Positions 7,910-11,358 of a DNA stretch of 11,358 nt are shown here, piece after piece. Made by a program: the position numbers and the translations under genes. Position 1 is the first letter of the stretch. Each line of letters starts with the position of its first letter. The DNA comes from a virus (lineage: Duplodnaviria; Heunggongvirae; Uroviricota; Caudoviricetes), in IMG/VR virus record IMGVR_UViG_3300047560_001287, positions 64,001 through 75,358 of that record; one strand, given 5' to 3'. Under the pieces are notes generated by a model that saw only the letters and a program-made list of their open reading frames with translations, was not told the origin of the DNA and did not search any database.

Positions 7910-8751
7910 AACAAGACGTAAGAACAATAATTGATATCAGTCAAGATCCGGGTTTACATAGAACACCGATTAGGACAGTTGTATCTATACCTAAACCACC
8001 AATGCGTATTCCTAAATATCATTGGAGGCCCGACAAAGTAGATAACCGTGATTACAAATATTCTGTGTCAAACAAAGCACAATCAAATGTTGTTGATTTG
8101 CGTCCGTATTGTAGTTTGATAGAAGACCAAGGCAACTTAGGCAGTTGTACTGGTCAAGCAATTGCAGGTGCTATCGAACTATTGAACAAACGCAACGGAA
8201 AACAAACTGATGTAAGCAGACTGTTCATTTATTATTATGAACGTGCTTTACTCAATACAATTAATTATGATTCAGGTGCGTACATCAGAGACGGAATAAA
8301 AGTAACTAACAAACAGGGTGCTCCATTAGAAAAGTTTTGGCCGTATGACATACAAAAATTTAGACAAAGACCAAGTCCAAATGCAATCAATGATGGATTA
8401 ACTCGCAAAGTAACATTATACGAAAGAATAGAAAATCACAATGGTTGTTTAGACGCATTGAACAATGGATACCCTGTTGTAATTGGCTTCTATGTTTACG
8501 ATAGTTTCGGTGCGCCGCAAGTGTCCAGGACAGGTGTAATGCCCTATCCTAACACAAAACGTGAACGACTATTAGGTGGTCATGCGGTATTACTTGTAGG
8601 ATACGATAAGACTAGGCAAGTTTATATCGCACGTAACAGTTGGGGACCAACATGGGGTGACAACGGTTATTTCTATATGCCGTTTCAAGTGATTCAAAAC
8701 ACAGGTATGTCCGGTGATTTCTGGATTATAAAGTCGGTAACGAACCCATAA
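7906..8751 (+). CDS. Papain-family (peptidase C1A) cysteine protease, xylellain-like
   Basis: DLR...DQGNLGSCTGQA (oxyanion Q75, nucleophile C81 at 8146-8148), GGHAVLLVGYD (H226 at 8581-8583), RNSWGPTWGDNGYFYMP (N244 at 8635-8637, W246). All catalytic residues are intact. The start overlaps the upstream stop (ATGA). No signal peptide. Confidence 0.93.
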   Translation: MKQDVRTIIDISQDPGLHRTPIRTVVSIPKPPMRIPKYHWRPDKVDNRDYKYSVSNKAQSNVVDLRPYCSLIEDQGNLGSCTGQAIAGAIELLNKRNGKQTDVSRLFIYYYERALLNTINYDSGAYIRDGIKVTNKQGAPLEKFWPYDIQKFRQRPSPNAINDGLTRKVTLYERIENHNGCLDALNNGYPVVIGFYVYDSFGAPQVSRTGVMPYPNTKRERLLGGHAVLLVGYDKTRQVYIARNSWGPTWGDNGYFYMPFQVIQNTGMSGDFWIIKSVTNP

Positions 8752-8778
8752 AAAAAGCCCCTTTACTTGGGGCTTTTT
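8752..8778. terminator. Bidirectional rho-independent terminator
   Basis: AAAAAGCCCC-tttactt-GGGGCTTTTT: a perfect 10-bp inverted repeat with a T-tract on each strand, lying between convergent stops (TAA 8749-8751 on +, TAA 8763-8765 on -). Confidence 0.9.
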
Positions 8779-9032
8779 GTTTTTTGCTTTGTTGTTTTCT
8801 TACTTGATAACATGTGTCTAGCATATTTGTGCATACACATGACAGGGATATTGTCCCAATCATCTTCAAGATAAAAGGGACAAGGACCTGTCCATTGATT
8901 AGTGTCCAAGTAATGTTTCAACTCTAGCACGTCCTGTTCACTAGCAGGGTCAAAACGCCTACGAATGTTAACAGCATTGAGCAGGGAGTATCTTAGCATG
9001 ATGCTTGGAGGGGCCGAAGCCCCGTCAATCAT
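8763..9032 (-). CDS. Hypothetical phage protein (RRRFDP...W.GPCPF motif); start uncertain (9032 or 8999)
   Basis: ORF has an ATGA overlap with the upstream stop and a Lys-rich C-terminus, and ends inside the terminator loop. ATG 8999 (78 aa) would leave the UUCG hairpin intergenic. Confidence 0.7.
   Translation of the reverse strand: MIDGASAPPSIMLRYSLLNAVNIRRRFDPASEQDVLELKHYLDTNQWTGPCPFYLEDDWDNIPVMCMHKYARHMLSSKKTTKQKTKSPK
9010..9023 (-). promoter_or_regulatory. Extra-stable C(UUCG)G tetraloop RNA hairpin
   Basis: The minus strand reads GGGGC-UUCG-GCCCC, 5 nt after the TGA of 9029-9397. No U-tract follows. Confidence 0.75.
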
Positions 9033-9397
9033 TCAGTAACAGCCTCAGAAGTTTCCTTGACTGCTTTCTTGCCACGTGCTTTGATAGCATCAAGGCTAGG
9101 CTTTTTAGTTGCCTTAACTTTAACTTCACCCTTACGAGCTTCTTTTTCTTTGTCAGCAAGACTGTCAGCGATAGTTGCCTGATCTGCGGCTGATTGAAAC
9201 TCAGGGAGAGTAGCAATGTGTTTAAGCGCATCGATCTTAGTCATTTCAGAAGGCAACTCAACTAAGTCAATGCGAGTTGCACCGCCTTTACTGAATTGCT
9301 TGATACGGCGAACCATATCATCAGTGAAACGAACCTTAGCATTACCGTTGTGAACAGTGATACCAGCGACCTTAAAAGTTTGAGAAGTTTTAGCCAT
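9029..9397 (-). CDS. Hypothetical protein with a Lys/Ala-rich C-terminal tail (122 aa)
   Basis: RBS aaaggaaacataATG and its own sigma70 promoter. The last 40 aa contain 11 K and 2 R. Confidence 0.85.
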   Translation of the reverse strand: MAKTSQTFKVAGITVHNGNAKVRFTDDMVRRIKQFSKGGATRIDLVELPSEMTKIDALKHIATLPEFQSAADQATIADSLADKEKEARKGEVKVKATKKPSLDAIKARGKKAVKETSEAVTE

Positions 9398-9452
9398 TAT
9401 GTTTCCTTTACATTAAGCTAGTTGATAAAATATGCCTTTCAGCACAGTTACT

Positions 9453-9481
9453 ATTGTAACACTGGAATGGATAACTGTCAA
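9453..9481 (-). promoter_or_regulatory. Sigma70-type promoter (called C here) driving 9397
   Basis: The minus strand reads TTGACA-gttatccattccagtgt(17)-TACAAT, in the intergenic gap. Confidence 0.85.
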
Positions 9482-9492
9482 CCAGACAGTTA
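9472..9492. promoter_or_regulatory. Operator-like inverted repeat over the -35 box of promoter C
   Basis: TAACTGTC-aacca-GACAGTTA, perfect 8-bp arms. Confidence 0.6.
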
Positions 9493-9499
9493 CCCAAAA

Positions 9500-9757
9500 T
9501 CAAAGTTCGACTCGGATGTTAGTGCGATTGCCACTAGCATCAAGTTCGAATTTAAACTCAGCACCTGGAACCAGTGCCGCCGCGGCTTCCATCGCATCCG
9601 ATAGTCCGAATCCTGCACCGTTGTCAGGACTAATGGGTTCTTTCAGTGCGCCACATTCGGGGCGAGTAAGAACAGTGACACCTTGATGTTGTTTGCTACG
9701 CATAATAGCAACCAAAATTTCGATATCCAACACACGTTTAGTTTCAGTTTTAGACAT
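9500..9757 (-). CDS. Hypothetical protein (85 aa)
   Basis: RBS aaaggaaataaATG, in the same orientation as its neighbours, and fills the gap without overlap. Confidence 0.65.
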   Translation of the reverse strand: MSKTETKRVLDIEILVAIMRSKQHQGVTVLTRPECGALKEPISPDNGAGFGLSDAMEAAAALVPGAEFKFELDASGNRTNIRVEL

Positions 9758-9767
9758 TTATTTCCTT

Positions 9768-9923
9768 TTAAACGGGCATAACAGATTCAGATAGCAAGAG
9801 CCGCCCGTATAGAGCCTTTGCCATCTGTATTGCGGCATAAGTGTTTTCAGCATTAACGTATGCACGTGTAACGCCTGCACCCGGTTCGTCTTTTGTACGA
9901 ACCAATACAAAATATGTGTTCAC
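9768..9923 (-). CDS. Small hypothetical protein (51 aa), not in the supplied ORF track
   Basis: The GTG start overlaps the upstream TGA (GTGA). MNTYFVLVRTKDEPGAGVTRAYVNAENTYAAIQMAKALYGRLLLSESVMPV*. It fills the 9758-9919 gap. Confidence 0.7.
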   Translation of the reverse strand: MNTYFVLVRTKDEPGAGVTRAYVNAENTYAAIQMAKALYGRLLLSESVMPV

Positions 9924-10156
9924 AATGAACCTTTCAAAGTAAAACGACCTAACACTTCTTTAGCATCGGACAGATTGTCCTCAGCAGTATTGTCATACAA
10001 TTCTGCAATTTGCATTGCAACCTCTGCACGGGCGGCTTTCAAAAGCTCCATTGCATAATCTGCATCGTCATCAGAGATTGAAGAATACCATTCGTCAAAT
10101 TGATTTTCATCAAGGGCCAAAATGAATTGCAAATTGTTTTTATCCCAATCGTTCAT
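9920..10156 (-). CDS. Small acidic helical hypothetical protein (78 aa; start revised from 10198)
   Basis: AAGGAG at 10163-10168 lies 6 nt before the third of three tandem ATGs (10156), giving MNDWDKNNLQFILALDE... with no overlap of the upstream gene. Confidence 0.8.
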   Translation of the reverse strand: MNDWDKNNLQFILALDENQFDEWYSSISDDDADYAMELLKAARAEVAMQIAELYDNTAEDNLSDAKEVLGRFTLKGSL

Positions 10157-10166
10157 CATCATCTCC

Positions 10167-10613
10167 TTAAACTGTAACAGCTTCCCAAGAACCCTCAACA
10201 GCGTAGGGCTTGTTCCAAGAACCGATATTCACATCAACATACCAACCCACATCAAAGTAATCGGTCATGATGTCCGAATTGTCGTGGTTACCGACATTCA
10301 TTGCGGCGAACACTTCGGTCAAGAATTCTTTTGCTTTACCTGAATAGTGTTCCTTGAACCAGTAGGGGTTAACATCGAGGCTACGATTCTTACGGATGTA
10401 GTCAATTTGTTCCTGAGACATTTTGCCACCGTGAATCAATTTAGCATCGGTTGCAATATAGTTTTCAATGAAGTCAATGGAACCTGATTTGACATTCAAC
10501 ACAAAGGTACTGTGATTGCGAACAGCAAGCGAACCCTTGATGCCATACTTTTTCAGGATAGCTTTGATAGCAGGGGCACGTTCTTGTTTACGTTCTTGAT
10601 TGAAATAAGCCAT
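10167..10613 (-). CDS. Conserved-looking phage early protein (148 aa) with DNSDIMTDYFDVGWY motif
   Basis: Strong RBS aaaggagttcacaaATG and first gene after promoter A. The motifs SLAVRNHSTFVL and NSDIMTDYFDVGWYVDVNIGSWNKPY are ones I recall from phage hypothetical proteins. Confidence 0.88.
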   Translation of the reverse strand: MAYFNQERKQERAPAIKAILKKYGIKGSLAVRNHSTFVLNVKSGSIDFIENYIATDAKLIHGGKMSQEQIDYIRKNRSLDVNPYWFKEHYSGKAKEFLTEVFAAMNVGNHDNSDIMTDYFDVGWYVDVNIGSWNKPYAVEGSWEAVTV

Positions 10614-10620
10614 TTGTGAA

Positions 10621-10682
10621 CTCCTTTAGTTAACTGTCTATGTAATGATTGTATACCCAAAGTGATTTATTGTCAACCTTTT
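10621..10682 (-). repeat. 62-bp promoter-leader-RBS cassette, copy A
   Basis: Ungapped match to 11143-11204, 51/62 identical. Confidence 0.92.
10648..10676 (-). promoter_or_regulatory. Sigma70-type promoter A driving 10613
   Basis: The minus strand reads ggTTGACA-ataaatcactttgggta(17)-TACAAT. Confidence 0.9.
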
Positions 10683-10852
10683 TATGAATTGCAGGTCTCG
10701 AAGGGACTGAATACTTCAGTATTACCTTCATCCTCGCTGTACGAGAGGGTTTCATATACCCAACTTACAGGAATTTCTAGGATTCTAGCGATATACTGCG
10801 GGCTTTCTCCTCGGTCAAGCATATCCAAAATATCGATTCCAATTTCACTCAT
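10682..10852 (-). CDS. Small acidic protein with an HTH-like segment (56 aa), not in the supplied ORF track
   Basis: The ATG overlaps the upstream stop (TAATG). MSEIGIDILDMLDRGESPQYIARILEIPVSWVYETLSYSEDEGNTEVFSPFETCNS*. It fills the gap up to promoter A. Confidence 0.75.
   Translation of the reverse strand: MSEIGIDILDMLDRGESPQYIARILEIPVSWVYETLSYSEDEGNTEVFSPFETCNS
10708..10725. promoter_or_regulatory. Palindromic motif GTAATACT-NN-AGTATTAC, copy upstream of promoter A
   Basis: TGAATACT-tc-AGTATTAC, 2 mismatches to the perfect palindrome. It lies inside the 56-aa ORF. Confidence 0.45.
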
Positions 10853-11136
10853 TATGCGGCCTCCAGCATGTTAGCGGGAACTCTCCAAGAACCAAACGCC
10901 TTACCGTTTTCACGGACGATGATAAATTTACGGTTGATCTTTTCAACAGTACCCAAAATTGTTTGACCGTTGCGAGAACTAGTGAATTTCACTTGTGAAC
11001 CTGCACGGAATGTAAACTTATTTTTGTTAGCAAGTTGGTTGCGGGCAAACTTGATTGCCATTGAGATTGCATCCAATTGTTCGTTAGTAAAGTTACCAGC
11101 GATAATTGTAGAATTGATTTCCTGAATCGTAGCCAT
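10852..11136 (-). CDS. Hypothetical protein (94 aa): N-terminal helices plus a C-terminal SH3/KOW-like beta-barrel
   Basis: RBS caaggagtttgaaATG and first gene after promoter B. The pattern FRAGSQVKF...GTVEKINRKFIIVRE...WRVPANML fits a small beta-barrel. Confidence 0.85.
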   Translation of the reverse strand: MATIQEINSTIIAGNFTNEQLDAISMAIKFARNQLANKNKFTFRAGSQVKFTSSRNGQTILGTVEKINRKFIIVRENGKAFGSWRVPANMLEAA

Positions 11137-11142
11137 TTCAAA

Positions 11143-11204
11143 CTCCTTGAATTAACTGTTTAAGATTCTATTATATACCCAAAATGATTTATTGTCAACC
11201 TTTT
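11143..11204 (-). repeat. 62-bp promoter-leader-RBS cassette, copy B
   Basis: Ungapped match to 10621-10682, offset 522 bp. Confidence 0.92.
11170..11198 (-). promoter_or_regulatory. Perfect-consensus sigma70 promoter B driving 11136
   Basis: The minus strand reads ggTTGACA-ataaatcattttgggta(17)-TATAAT. Confidence 0.93.
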
Positions 11205-11230
11205 AAAAGTAGTACTAAAGTATTACTTTT
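11205..11230. promoter_or_regulatory. 26-bp imperfect palindrome upstream of promoter B
   Basis: AAAAGTAGTACT-aa-AGTATTACTTTT, 11 of 12 arm positions complementary. Its core matches the motif at 10708-10725. Confidence 0.6.
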
Positions 11231-11357
11231 TTGTCTTTATGCCGAGGATTGCTTTTTCTTCGTCACTTAGTTTAGCTAATGCATCTTTTTTGATTTTAGC
11301 TTTGCGGCGTTTCTCCTGTTCAGCTTCTTTTGCTTTGCGGTCAGCCTCTTGATGTGC
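11223..11357 (-). CDS. C-terminal fragment of a charged helical hypothetical protein (runs off the window)
   Basis: Open frame ...AHQEADRKAKEAEQEKRRKAKIKKDALAKLSDEEKAILGIKTKK* with TAA at 11223-11225, in the same orientation as its neighbours. Confidence 0.75.
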   Translation of the reverse strand, partial: AHQEADRKAKEAEQEKRRKAKIKKDALAKLSDEEKAILGIKTKK

Positions 11358-11358
11358 C

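Noticed and set aside
9446-9464. Inverted repeat GTTAC-tatt-GTAAC over the -10 box of promoter C as a separate operator
   Set aside because: The arms are only 5 bp, which is expected by chance, and it overlaps an ACAGTTA copy already reported.
10163-10198. ORF-track start at 10198 (MRVLGKLL...)
   Set aside because: It overlaps the upstream gene by 32 nt, whereas AAGGAG is ideally spaced for the ATG at 10156.
9005-10874. ORFs 9005-9193, 9422-9604, 9432-9686, 10122-10343 and 10662-10874 (+) and 9025-9231 (-)
   Set aside because: They overlap better-supported minus-strand genes or promoters that have RBSs and coupled junctions.
1-11358. Stop-codon reassignment (none of the 13 called genes ends in TAG)
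   Set aside because: All long ORFs are intact under the standard code with no in-frame TAG, and TAG is expected to be rare in AT-rich DNA.

Overview
This AT-rich window looks like part of a large tailed dsDNA phage genome (T4-like or jumbo type), inferred from gene content, sigma70 promoters and Shine-Dalgarno sites. It has two convergent halves. The + strand (1-8751) is a structural operon: the 3' end of a fibre-like gene cut by the window edge, a 2135-aa modular Gly/Asn/Thr-rich fibre or adhesin, a LamG/concanavalin-A-like lectin-fold protein, and an intact papain-family (C1A) cysteine protease overlapping the lectin gene by ATGA. A bidirectional hairpin terminator at 8752-8778 separates the halves. 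The - strand (8763-11358) is a dense run of nine small hypothetical genes, three of them absent from the supplied ORF track, with three near-consensus sigma70 promoters. The strongest non-obvious signals are: a 62-bp promoter+leader+RBS cassette present twice; two recurring operator-like motifs (ACAGTTA and GTAATACT-NN-AGTATTAC) around the promoters; a gene flanked by GAAA and cUUCGg tetraloop hairpins; an ungapped internal domain duplication in the giant fibre; and the protease at the end of the fibre/lectin operon. No tRNA, rRNA, CRISPR array or mobile element was seen. Family assignments come from motif recognition by eye, not database searches, and all counts are manual.
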